A DNA stretch of 64,000 nt from Camelus ferus. Lineage: Eukaryota. The stretch is from assembly GCF_009834535.1 (NCBI RefSeq), contig NC_045696.1, forward strand, positions 1,054,001-1,118,000, read 5' to 3'. Below, one piece after another: positions 23,953 to 35,910 of the stretch (position 1 is its first letter; each line of letters opens with the position of its first letter). The position numbers and the translations under genes were made by a program. The notes beneath the pieces were generated by a model. That model was given only the letters and a program-made list of their open reading frames with translations. It had not been told where the DNA came from and ran no database searches.

Positions 23953-24850
23953 CGGGCTGTGTGCACCGCAGAGCAGGAGCAGCGGGCCGCCTCTGCCGTC
24001 CGGAGGTGGGGCCAGCCCGCTCCGCCTCCCGCCCACAGGCCGGCAGGCAGCTCCCCATTCACACATCTGGGTGGCTCCTCCTCTTCCCTCTCCCTCCCAC
24101 GGGGGGAAGACAGACAGGAGCCTCCACCCAAGGTGCTGGGCACACTTGAGAACCTCTCACATCTCCTTAAAGCAGCTGCAGACCCCTGGGGCCAAGGGGC
24201 ACAGACAGCATGCAGTGGGGGGTCCCACCTCCCTCCCCTGGGGCTGGAGGAGGCCCTGGGCCTCGCAGACTGCCGCCGAGTCCCTGCGCAGGCGCCTGGG
24301 CACAGGGGCTCCCAGCCAGCACCCTGGTCAGTCCCCTGGGGTGGGGCAGGGGCTCCTGGGTGCTCTGAAGCTTTGAGGAAGAGCTCCCTCCTCTCTCTGC
24401 AGCCTGCAGGGCCTGGCACCGAGAGAAAGCGCCTGGCACAGCCCCACAGGACATCTGCCCTGGGCAGGCCTGGGACCCTCAGGACACCGCGCGAGCCCCC
24501 AGCACACCCCGCCCATGGCCCTCTGCACTTGGAGCCGCTCTGACCGAGAACAGCCCGGAAGCCTGGCCATGGGCCACCACTCTGTGGCCAAATTGGAACT
24601 GAAGCAGCTCGACTTGCGGCAAGTCCGTCCTCCTGTCCCAGCTGTCCCACCAAGTCCGAGAAGCTGCGCGGGCGCTCGGTCCCTGGCCCCCGGGGGCCTA
24701 CTCAGAGCTGCCCAGCCCCAGCCGGCTCCCCTGCAGACGCCCGGCCTGCCCTCCCTTCATCTCACCGGAGACCACCCGCTGGCTGGGAGTGTTGGCCTCT
24801 TTTCCTGTTTCACTCCTCAAACACACTCAGAGGCACGGGTCCTCTGTCTC
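23953..24850 (-). promoter_or_regulatory. Internal promoter P2 / 5' UTR region for medium and long isoforms
   Basis: Inferred from position upstream of the exon 3 ATG and signal peptide, and from the known two-promoter structure of COL18A1. TSS cannot be placed from sequence. Confidence 0.6.
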
Positions 24851-27800
24851 CATCGGCTAGAACCCTGCTCTCGGGCGGCCACACCAGTGTCAGAGTCCTC
24901 ACCCGGGCCTCCAGGCCTGCAGGGGTTTCTGACTGACTCCTGAGAACCGGTCCAAAGGCCCAGCGCACAGGAGCAGCTGGGAGCCAGCATGAAGCCAGAG
25001 TGAGATCACGGGTCTCAGCAAGACCGACGGTCCCAGACAGACAGACGTCCTCCCCGCTGAACCCACACCTCAGAGCTTGGCTCGGGGGCTGTGCAGAGGC
25101 CACAAGGCGGGGCTGGGTGAGCAGGCCCAGCCTGCAGGCCCTGGGCGCCAGCTCCCTCCAGGCGTCACCCGGCGCCCCTCCAGGGCACCCCGCTCCAGGT
25201 CAGCCAGGCGGGCCTGCAGCTGGACCCCTCCCGCTGTGTCCCAACTCCTCCCCTCTGTGCAACCTTGGCCAACACAACTCTTCCATCCAAGACGCTGAAA
25301 GGATGCTGCCCTGTGGCCTTGAGCCCTGCAGGCACCTGCTTCGGGGTTTGGGGAGGAGGCCCTGGTCGCCCGGCACAGCCTTGCCTGGGACTCCGGGCTG
25401 TGTCCGCATCTGACTTTGATGGCTGCTGCCACCCTCGCCACCCAGCGCCCACCCTCAGTGCTGCCCCAGGAGCTCCCCCCCACCCCAGGAGGGGCCCCAG
25501 GCGGCCGGGGAGGGGGGTGGGGGTGGGCTTTCCCCACAACCCAAGGACCCCGGGGGCAGGGCCGGCTTGAGCTCCTTCCCAGCCTGCCCACCCAGCAGCC
25601 CGTCTGTGAGGCAGGGCCCACGCACCACGGGGCTGGCAGCACTTCTGGTAAGGAAGCCACGGCCGGGAGTCCAAGCTCCAGGTCAGAGCCCAGGAGAGGC
25701 GTCCACGCTTGCCCAGCACCTGCTTGTACAAACACCCGTGCCCACGCACTCACACGCTCACACAGCCTCTGCCACCACGTTCCCCGCCAGACCCCACGTG
25801 TGCCCCACGCGCCAGCCGTCCAGTCCCCACAGCGTGCCTCCTCCGGGCTGCGGCCGGGGGTCTCGGCTGCCCCTCCCCAGGGCTGGTCCTGGCAGTGAGG
25901 GCAGGTCAAGTGAGACAGCCCTGAGCACGTGCCCCCCAGCTCAGGACACCGAGGGTGCCACTGATGAGTCATCCAAGGGGCAAGGCTTGGCTGCCTGGGA
26001 TCAGAACTCATGTCTCAGGACAGCTGAACACTGTGTCCCCTCTCAAGAGAAAGGCAGGGGGCACCCCATATGCCAACATCTGCGTCTCAGCGAGGACTTT
26101 CCCCGTCATCAATCCTCCGATCCCAGAATTCTTGGAAACGCCCAGAAAACAGTCTCTGCTATTCAGTGCCGCTAATGTGATGTTATGCCTCAAAGTCTCC
26201 GGAAAATCTCAGGACAGAAGTTCCAAGGGCCCTTCCCCTCTCCCAGTATGTACGGAAGAAGGAACTCTGGGCCACTGGAGGCAGAGCTGCTGACACACCC
26301 AGGAGGGGCCCCCCTCATCCACCCTGTGGTCCAGGGCCCTCGGGCCCCGGGACCACTCAGAGGGGCGGCCCTGCATTCATTCGTGCAACTCCCCATTCTC
26401 GGGAGGAGGGACCACGTTCCCGCAGGGGCTCTGAGCGCCCACCCCACGACCCTCCAGACCCTGCCCTTCCTGCCCACCTTCCGGAGGCCAAGGTCACCTC
26501 CAAGCCCTTCTAGAGCTTCAGCGTCGACCTTCCCTGGAAAACACCTGCGCAGCTCGGCCCCAGGCCTCCACTCCCACCAGGAAGCGGCCTGTCGAGTGCT
26601 GCTCACTGGAGCTCCCTGCACACGCGTGCACACTCACGTGCGCACGCGTGTGCCCGCACGCACAATATGTATGCGCTTCTGCACACGCTCACGATGACAT
26701 GCAGGCCAGAGTGCACACACAGCACACTCACACATGCAAAGACACTCCCACACGTGTACACGCTCACATGCTCGCTCACACACACAGTGGCACCCAGAAA
26801 GCCTGTGGTGTAGACCAGGCTCCCGGGGCGGGCTGTGGCTGCAGCAGGCCCCGCCCCGGCCCAGCCCCTGGGGACACAGGCCGGAGCCTCAGGGCCCTGG
26901 ACGGAGCTCCCGTCCAGGAGGAGGGGCCGGTGGGCGCTGGCTCCTCTGGGGTCTGTGCTCATCGCGGAGGTTGAATAACCTTCCCGAGTCGCCCGTGGGG
27001 ACGGAGGCGGGGAATCGGATTCCGAGCGGGGAATCGGATTTCGCGGGAAACCGTCTGAGACCGTTGAAAAGCAGGTAACTGGGAAAGAGGCTGCATTTCT
27101 GAAAGAACTTTGTCCTCCCAGGTCCGGGCCCAGAGAGCCCGCGGACGGGCTGAGGGAGCACCGCAGGCCCCGGGTGGGGGGCCCGCACCCCTGCCCCTGT
27201 CCCCCCTCGGTCGTTCCTTCGTTCACTCACTCATCCACACGCCCTGAAGAGCCAAAAGGCCAAAGGGAGGACTCAGTTGAGACGCTGAGGGACACACAGG
27301 CCACATTCCTGAAAAGAGCCCCTTGCGAGGGAGGTGCCTGCCCCCACGCCGTGGCCTGCCGCCTCCCCCAGCCCTCTCCCCACCCCACATCTGAAGGGGG
27401 TCAGAGAGGCGCATTCAAGTGCACTTCGGAGTGTTTCCAGGTGACTTGTGCTGCCCACTCAGAATGAGAGCTCAAGACCCTGCCTCCCCTCCCCTCCTTC
27501 TCTGCACCCCCCCGCCTCCCCCTCCACCCCTCCCAGAGCAGCCCAGGCCCCTATTTCTAGCGTCCAGTGTCCCTGAGGCTCCTCAGGCCAGGATTAGAAG
27601 GGAGAGAGCCAGGTCCGAAGGCCCCTCGCCCCATCGCCTCCGGCTGGGACCGCCCGCCCAGCCTGGCTCTGTGCACCCTGCCCGTGGTTCCCATCCCCCA
27701 GGGAGGGCCCCAGATGCAACTGCCGTGGGACCACATCCTCAGGCACCTCACGTGTGCTCAGGTAACAAAGCAGTGCCTAATCATGACCCCCACAAGCACC

Positions 27801-30800
27801 TGCAGAAGGACCACCCCCCGGAGCAGAGGAGGCGGGTGCGAACGCCGCCGTCAGACCCCGGGACCCTGGCGGCCCCGCGCAGCCCTTCTCTGGCCTCCAG
27901 GGCCCCTGCGCAGGCCCCCTACAGACGGCCGGCTGCCCCGCTCAGCCCGTCCACGCCTTCCCGGCTCCTGGGTGACTCCAGTCACTGCGTGGTAACCTGG
28001 GCAATGGTGTCGGTGGGGCAGCGGCCCACAGCACACCTGGCTGGGCCTGGACACACCCCTCAGAAGCCAAGGGGGAGGGGGTCCCTGCACATGGTGTCAG
28101 GGCGGGCCCTGGTGGGCCCTAGCCAGGAAGCCTGCTCTTGTGGGGCCCGAGGACTGTGTGGCCCCCACGGGAGCCATGCTCTGTCCTGGGCCCTCCAGCT
28201 GAGTGTGGCCACGAGGGTCCAGCAAGTCCATGCATCTACCTGGGCCTGGAGGACCCTGGGGGCGCTGTCCCACCTCGGAGAGGCCTTGCAGGGCTCTCCC
28301 TCTGAACAACACCCCAAACCCACAGCCTTCTAAGTGGGCTCCCTCTGGTGGGATGGAGCCGACGGCCACCTGTCTTTCACACTCCCACCTCGGGCCTCAC
28401 CGAGGGACCCGGGCGCCATCCTCACAGGACCAGTCTCTCTGGCTCAGAGTGCTGCCCACTCCAAGCACTGCGGGGCTGAGGAGCCGGCCACCCCCCTGAA
28501 GAGGTCCCAGCACCCAGAACTTCCAGAAGGTTCTGCCTCGGGCAGCTGTGAGACGCGCCCACCTCTGCCCCGCCTCCCGACGGCCCTACCCTACGCCAGG
28601 GTTTGTCCTGTCTTGTTGGCCGGTCTGCTTCAGATTCCTGAATAATGTGGTCTTTTATTTTCATTTGTTAGAAGCACAAAACACCCACATGTGCGCAGAG
28701 AAACTCCGAGGGACGCAGAGGTGAGCTGCCCGGGGCCGACGGCCTGGCTGCGCTCTGGGAGCAGCCTGCTTCGCACAGCTTACAGGACCTCTACCGCGGG
28801 GCCTCAGCGTCCAGGGCCCACGGCGGACATCTCTCCTGAGGCCCCTCCAGCGGGCCTGCCCGGGCTGCCCACACGCGGCCCAAAGGCGGCGGGACAAGGG
28901 GTTGGAGGAACCACCGCAGCCACCGGCCCGCGTCCTCCGCCCCACCCCGCCCACCCCTCGCCAGCCCCCGCCCCTTGATGCCCCCCTAGCCAGCAGTGTC
29001 CCTCACAGACCCAACCCAGGTGGCCCTGGGGGCCGCTCTCCCTCGGGGACCAGAGACTACAAGGCCTGAGAGCAGCCAGCCAGCCCTGGTAGGTGTCCCC
29101 GAGCCCCCAGGGAGCCGGCCTGGGAAACCACGGTCCCAGCACTCCCAGCTCGGGGACAGGCTCTCCAGGGTGGTGGCACATCCAGGCAAGATAAGTCCAC
29201 CATGGGCACATTTCCAGTCCTTTCCAAATGGAAAGTGACTTTTCATCTTTCTGTGGTGCAACTGGCTTAGAGTTGTCCAGAGCATCTGAATGTTTGCCCC
29301 AACTCCGCATGCCATGGTGACTTTCTCGAGCCACAGTGGTACTGGCCGCAGCTCCTGAGATGCCTGTGGAAGGCTCTGCTGCTGTAGGGTCTGACGGCAT
29401 TCTGGCTGGGTCACCTCACCAGCCGGGCACCTCGCCAGGTCTCCTCTCCCAGCCTCTGCTCCTGGCCACGACCCGCCCCTGGGTTGCCCTGAAGACTGAG
29501 TGGCACGAGGTGGCCATCGGGGGGAGGCTGGGCAGCCAGGGTTGCAGGTCAAGGCCACGGGCACCTCCCCTTCCTGGGGGTGTCGGGCATCCGAGGACCC
29601 GCCTGGCCCCACCGCCAGTGAGACCGACGGGGACGTTGCGACACTGTCTGATGTTTAACCACCAGGCGGTCCAGGCCCCTCCCGCTCATCCTCAGGTGTG
29701 GTGTAGCCCGTCTCCCCCTGGTGGGGGTGAGCAGAGACTCCGTGTTCACCTCTCCCCCAGGGGCACCGCCCTCCACGGAGTCCCCCAGCCCTCCTGAGGG
29801 TGGTGACCCCGCTGCCTGCACGTAGCACAGGGTGGGCGGTGCTTCCTGGTGGCAAGAAGGCTGTCCCGGCCCCAAACCCAAATTCCTCTACGGGGGTAAC
29901 AGAGGCTCCCAATAAACACCAAGCATTGCCCAGCACTGAGCTGGGTGGGTGCTCCCATGACCCCACCGCTGGCTGATGGTGACACACAGGAGACCCTTTG
30001 GCCCCCGCAGAGCTGGCCCTTGGAAGGTGGAGGCTTCTTGCTGGAAGGGCCACCAGTGGAGGGGAAAGGTGGTCGGATGGCAGAGATCCTGAAGGCAGAT
30101 GCATCCTGGGGAAAAGGCACCTTCCCTGGGCCACCTGATGGCCACCAATGGAAGGCCACACGGAGGCTACACGGTCCTGTCCAGGGCACGCACCAAAAGC
30201 CTGAATCCAAACATGAGGAAGCAGCTGGGACTGTGGGCCATTTCACAGAGCAGCTGGCCGGGCTCTCCGAAAATCTCCAAGTCAGGTGAGACGGAGCCAG
30301 GGGGTGTGCTCTAGAGTAAGAGGCCGAGAAGCTACGGCACCAGGTGCCACGTGGTGCCACATGGTGCCCCGATGCTCCCTGGCCACCGAGCAGAGGCAAG
30401 AGCCGACTTCGTAAAGGACGTTACTGGGGTACTGGAGGCTGTCTGGACATGACCCGTTTGTCAGGGGGCAGGGAGGAACCATTGCGGGTGTCGGCGCAGC
30501 GATCAGGACGCCACCACTCACTTCACCAAGGAAAGCGTGTGTGCACCTGCACGGGCTGTGCGCACGCGTGTGTGCGCAGATGGGGCCGTGTGGACAAGCA
30601 TGCACACGGTCACTCATGTACGGAGTTGCGTGTCCGTGGGCACAGACACGGAAGGCGACGAGAGCACCTGGGTAACAAGGTGGTGGTGTTACAGGTGAGT
30701 CAAGGTGAAGGACGCACCTGAGCCAACACTGCACCAACCTTCCTGCAGGTTTGAGACACTCTCCTAAGGAAGTTCGCAAGGGAGGTGGGGGGCTCCTCCT

Positions 30801-31327
30801 GACGTCCTCTTGGAATAGCCTGTCCATCAGCTTGGTCTGCAGAAATGCAGGTGACTCAGCAGAGGCCAGGAAGGACGGCTTCCCAGGCACCAGTCCTCAT
30901 CCGGGGGGCTGCGCGTGGGCGTCAGCCCTGCTGAGCCTTCAAACCCCCCTGGCAGGTTGCCCGGAGGGCCAGGAGCCGCACGCCACCTCCCCTCTTCCGA
31001 CATCACCAACTTCTCTTACTCGACGAAATTTAGGTTCATTTTCGCGAAACAAAAGCTCTAAATGTGCAGTCAGACTTTGGACTCTATGTGAATCATCTGA
31101 GCTCCACCCAAAGCAAAGGGGGTATGTTTACAGGCTCTAAAAACTTCTCGAAGAACTGAGGGTTCCTCTACTTCGTTCTTTTTCAAGATCGGCTGTTCTG
31201 GGTGCCCTACTCCCCGTGAATCATTCCCCGTGGACACTGGGGATCGGTTTGCCAATTCCTACAAGACACCAGCTGGGACCTGACGGGGCTGCATTGGCTC
31301 TGTCGGCTGTTTTGGGGAATGATGCCA

Positions 31328-32349
31328 ATTTTTTTAAAATTGAAGTTTAGTTGATTTACAATATTGTGTCAATTTCTAGTGTATGGCACAGTGATTCAAT
31401 CATACACGTGTATGTTTGTTTTCATATTCTTTTCCATTATGGTTTATTACAGGATATTGAATGTAGTTCTCCGTGCTAGACAGTAGGATTTGTTACCTAT
31501 TTTATATATAGTGTATCTGTTAATCCTGAACTCTCAATTTATCCCTTCCCACACCCTTTTCCCTCAGTAACCATAAGTTTGTTTTCTACGTTTGTGAGTC
31601 TGTTTCTGTTTTATAAGTATAAGTTCATTTGTATCATTTTTTTTCAGATTCCACATGTAAGTGATACCATGATATTTGCTTTTCTCTGTCTGCCTTTATT
31701 TAGTATAACAATCTCCAGGTCCATCCATGTTGCTGCAAATGGCATTATTTTATTCTTTTTTATGGCTGAGTAGTATTCCATTGTGTACATACACCATATC
31801 TTCTTTATCCAGTCATCTGTCAGTGGACATTTAGGTTGTTTCCACGTCTTGCCTGTTGTAAATAGTGCTGCTGTGAGCATTGGGGTGCAGGTGTCTTTTC
31901 AACTAGAGTTTTCATCTTTTCAGGATATGTGCCCAGGATTGGGATTGCTGGATCAAATGCTAAGTCTGTTTCTAGTTTTCTGAGGAAACTCCATACTGTT
32001 TTCCGTAACGGCTGCACCAAACTCCACTCCCACCACATTGGGAGTGGGTGTAGGAGGGTTCCCCTTTCTCCACATCTTCTCCAGCATTTATTATCTGTAG
32101 ACTTTTTGACGATAGCCAGTGTGAGGTGGTACCTCGTTGTAGTTCTGATTTGCATTCTCTAATAATTAGTGATACTGAGCATCTTTTCATGTGCCTGTTG
32201 GCCATCTGGATGGTATGTCTTCCTTGGAGAAATGTCTATTTCGGTCTTCTGCCCTTTTTTGGTTGGGTCGTCTGGTGTTTCGTTGTTGCTGTTACTGAGT
32301 TGCATGAGCTGATTCTGTATGTAGGAAATTAAGCCTTTGCCAGTCACAA
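31328..32349 (-). mobile_element. Younger 5'-truncated L1 (ORF2 C-terminus + 3' UTR + tail), nested
   Basis: ORF 31644..31880 TAALFT.GKTWKQPKCP.TDDWIKKIW..YTMEYYSAIKKN; T-tract at 31329; flanking direct repeat ggaatgatgcca (31316-27) / ggagtgatgcca (32350-61). Confidence 0.92.
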
Positions 32350-33105
32350 GGAGTGATGCCACCGTAACGCCGTCTCCCAATTCATAAACATGGAATGTTT
32401 TCCATTTACTCTGATCTCCCTTATTTTCCCTATACATCATTTCTTAGTTTTCAAAATATGTATTTTGCACTTCTTTGTTACATTTATTCTTAGATATTTT
32501 ACTTTTTGATGGTTTTGTAAATGAAATTTTTCCCTTAATTTCATTTTTCAGTTGTTCATGGCAAGTTACCAAGAAACACAACTGGTTTTTTATGTTGCTC
32601 TTGTATTCTGCAACCTTTCTGTGTTTATTCATTAGTCTGAATAGTTTTTTACTGGATTCCTTAGGACTTTACATGTGTAAGATTGTGTCACTTGTGAAGA
32701 GTACAGAAGTGCTGAGAGGGGACAGACGTCCCTGTCTGGTCCCCGATCCGGGGCGGGGTGGGGCAGCCTGTCACTGGGGAGGGCGGTGTTAGGCCGGGGC
32801 TTTTGGAGATGCCTTCTGTTGGCTTGAGAAAGTTCCCTTTCTATTCCTAGTTTGTTGAATGTTCCTACCATGAAGAGGTGTTGGATTTTTCCAGCGCCTT
32901 TGCTGTGTATATCGACACGACTGTGTGAGTTTCATTTTTTATTCTTCTGACTGACATGGTGTAGTACATTAACTTTCAGACACTAACTTGCATCCCAGAA
33001 CAAAGCCCACCGGTCACCGTGTGCGTTTCCTTCTGCGTTGCTGGATTTGGCTTGCCAGTACTTTAAGGATTCTTGTGCTCGCGTCATGTGCGATATTCGT
33101 CTGTG

Positions 33106-33144
33106 GTGTGCGCGCGCGCGCGTGTGTGTGTGTGTGTGTGTGTG
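33106..33144. repeat. Compound (CG)6(TG)11 microsatellite
   Basis: gtgtg cgcgcgcgcgcg tgtgtgtgtgtgtgtgtgtgtg. Confidence 0.9.
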
Positions 33145-33452
33145 ATGTCTGTCTAGTCTTGGTAACCAGGTAATACTGGCCGCACAAAGTAAGTGGGCAA
33201 GTGCTCCGCCGTCTCTTTTCCGAAAGAGTTTGTGAGGAACTGGTTTTGATTCTTTAAATGGTGAGATTCAGCAAGGAAACAGGGCCTTCTTCATGGGGAG
33301 TTTTTGGATTATTAACTCAATCTTTTCGTTTGTTACGGATCTATTCAAACCATCTATTTCTTACAGAGTTTTAGTAATTTGTACCTTTCTAGGAATTGGT
33401 TCATTTCATCTAAGTTATTTAGTTTGCTAACATACTGCTGTTCATAGTATTG

Positions 33453-35250
33453 GGTCAGAACACTGTGTAAGGTCGGAATAAAGCTGGAGGAACCACGCTT
33501 CCCAATTTTAGAACTTACTACGATGCTAAGTCACCAAGACAGCACATCACTGGCACCAAGGCAGATAGATCAATGAAATAGGATTGAGAGTTTTGAAATA
33601 AATTCCCGCATATAGTCAACTGATTTTTGACAAGCACACCAAAACTATCCAGTGGGGGAAAAACAGGATTTTCAACAAAAGGTTCTGGGACAATCGGACT
33701 GTCACAGACAAAAGAATGAAGTTAGACCCTTATCTCACACCATATACAAAAATTTAACTTAAAATGGATCAAAGGGCTAAATATAAGAGCTAAAGCTGTT
33801 AAAGTCTTAGGAGAAAACATGGGAATAAATCTTCATGACCCTGGGTTTGACAAAGGAGTCTTAGATATGACACCGAAAGCCTCAGCAACAGAGAAAAAAT
33901 AGGTAAATTGGACTTCATCAAAGCTGAACACTTTTTCACTTCAAAGGACACCACAATAAAGTGAAAAAAAAAACACACAGAATGGGAGAAATTATTTGCA
34001 AATCACATACCCAGTAAGGGTTGTGCGTCTAGAATACAAGAAGAAATCCTACAACCCAACAATAAACAGACAAATCGTCCAGTTTTTTAAAAACAGGTGG
34101 AGAACTGGAATAGACACTCCTCAGTGAAGCCCTACCATGGCCAGTAAGGCACGAAATAACGCTCGCTGCCATCGGCCATCAGGGAGGCGCCACTGAGAAC
34201 CACAGCGAGACACACTTCACACCCACTAGGATGGCTGGAACCAAAAAGCTGCACCAAGCGGTGGACTGACGTGGAGAAGTCACGCCCTCATCCTCTGCTG
34301 GCAGAAGTGTCAGACGGGGCAGCCACGGGGGAAACAGTCTGGCAGGTCCTCAAATGATTAACCAGTTACCCTACGTCCCAGAAATCTCCCTCAAGGTGTA
34401 TACCAAAAAAACCGAAAGCACATCCACACAGAAACTTGTGCACAAAAGTTAATAACAGCACATTAGCCCAAACGTGGCACAACCCAAGTGTCCCTCAACT
34501 GCTGAATGGATGCAGGAAGGCGGTCCATCCGCACAGCGGAATATGACTCAGCCATGAAAAGGACCTTGAAATCACTGTGCTCAGGGAGAGAAGGCAGACA
34601 CAGAGGTCACATACTTACAATCCCGTTTACATGAAATATACAGACAAGGAAATCCACAGAGCATAGATTACTGGCTTGGTTAGAGCTGGGGTGACAGCTA
34701 AAAAGGTTTCCTTTGTCACTGAAGGGTAGTTGCTGTACCATGCTGTATGTTTCAGGAGTCGCAATTTTTAAAGGTTGTACACTTTATAGTTATTATTAAA
34801 GACTGGCTGTGCCCCAGGGGCACATTATACCCTTGTAGCTGACTTTGTGCCTAGTAGCTTGCAGGCTCTCACTCCCCCACTCCTGCTGCCACCCCCCCAC
34901 CCCCCGCCGGGAACCACTGATTTGTTCTCTGCGTCTGTGAGTCTGCTTCTTTTTTGTTGTATTCACTAGTTTAGCTGTATTTTTTGAGATTCCACACATA
35001 AGTGATGCCATACAGTGTCTGTCTTTCTCTGTCTGGCTTATTTCGCTGAATACAAAGCCCTCCGAGTCCGCCCGTGTAGTTGCAAACGGCGAAATAAAGG
35101 CTGCTTTTTCGAAGTGATAGGAATGTTCTACAACGCACCGTGTGCTGATGGCTACCCACGTCTCTGAACATACTAAAAACCACTGAATCGAAACACTGGA
35201 GGTTAGCGAGTTTATGGCACGTGAATTATAGCTCAGTAGAACTGTTGGGA
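33453..35250 (+). mobile_element. Sense 3' segment of the old L1MB-type element
   Basis: Begins at aaagctggaggaaccacgcttcccaattttagaacttactac (KAGG.TLP.F.TYY) and ends with an L1MB-like terminus tttatggcacgtgaattatagctcagtagaactgtt. Confidence 0.88.
34712..35095 (-). mobile_element. Second nested L1 3'-end fragment
   Basis: aaccactgatttgttctctgcgtctgtgagtctg...gagattccacacataagtgatgccatacagtgtctgtctttctctgtctggcttatttc; the host L1 3' UTR resumes after it. Confidence 0.8.
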
Positions 35251-35837
35251 ACAAGAGCTGAGGGGACTGCCATGCTGTTCAAACCGCACAGTCCTGATGG
35301 CTGCTTCATTTGCATTTATTTGTTAGTGAGATTGATGTTTTCAACACATTCAATGAAAGTATTTCTTTCCTTTATAAATTCCTAGGCACTTTTACTCATT
35401 TTTAGGACTGATAAAAGGGAGGATTTGCAATTTTTAAAAAGCCGAGGATATGGACACTGCTGTCTTTGCTGCTAACGGTGTTTTTCAAGCTTGCCACAAG
35501 CCTCTCACAGAACACAGGGCCTCACGTTTAAGGGGCTTCGAGTTCTCCAGCTCACAGTGTGCGCACCGGGGCCTCTTGTGGTCCTTGACGCCCTGCACCC
35601 CGCTCTGCAGCTCCTCACTGACACTCACCGGTGCTCACTCTGCACGAGGCGGGTGGCTGTCACACTCCGGCCCTGGGGACCGCCAGCCTCTCTGCCATCC
35701 TGCACCATGTCAGGAGCCGGGGTGGGAGGTGGGCACCCACTGGCCGGCGCGGGGAGCAGGGACCCTCCCGCTCAGGGCCCAACCCGGAGCCACATCCCTG
35801 TGCGTTAATTCTTCACCTGGTTCGTGGGGACACAGTC

Positions 35838-35910
35838 CCTTCCTTCATTCAACAAATACATACTGAGCCCCAGCGGTGCGCCCTGCCCTGCTCTCGGTGC
35901 TTGAGACGCG
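35838..35910 (-). mobile_element. L2 3'-end fragment
   Basis: ttcattcaacaaatacatactgagc is the reverse complement of the L2 terminal motif. Confidence 0.6.

Larger units (their letters stand above)
31163..33452 (-). mobile_element. Inverted 5' segment of an old L1 (L1MB-type) ORF2, interrupted by a younger L1
   Basis: The minus strand runs from the EYYEQLY..KL.NLDEM..FLE region (~33450) to ILKKN (~31175). ORF-track 32444..32632 and 32632..32871 are L1 ORF2-like. Confidence 0.85.

Noticed and set aside
23056..24543. 495-aa and 395-aa plus-strand ORFs antisense to exon 3
   Set aside because: Low-complexity G/A/P/R-rich translations with no recognisable domain; stop codons are scarce at this GC content and opposite a coding exon.
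31579..32871. ORFs with reverse-transcriptase-associated similarity
   Set aside because: Broken L1 ORF2 fossils, not a host gene or an active element.
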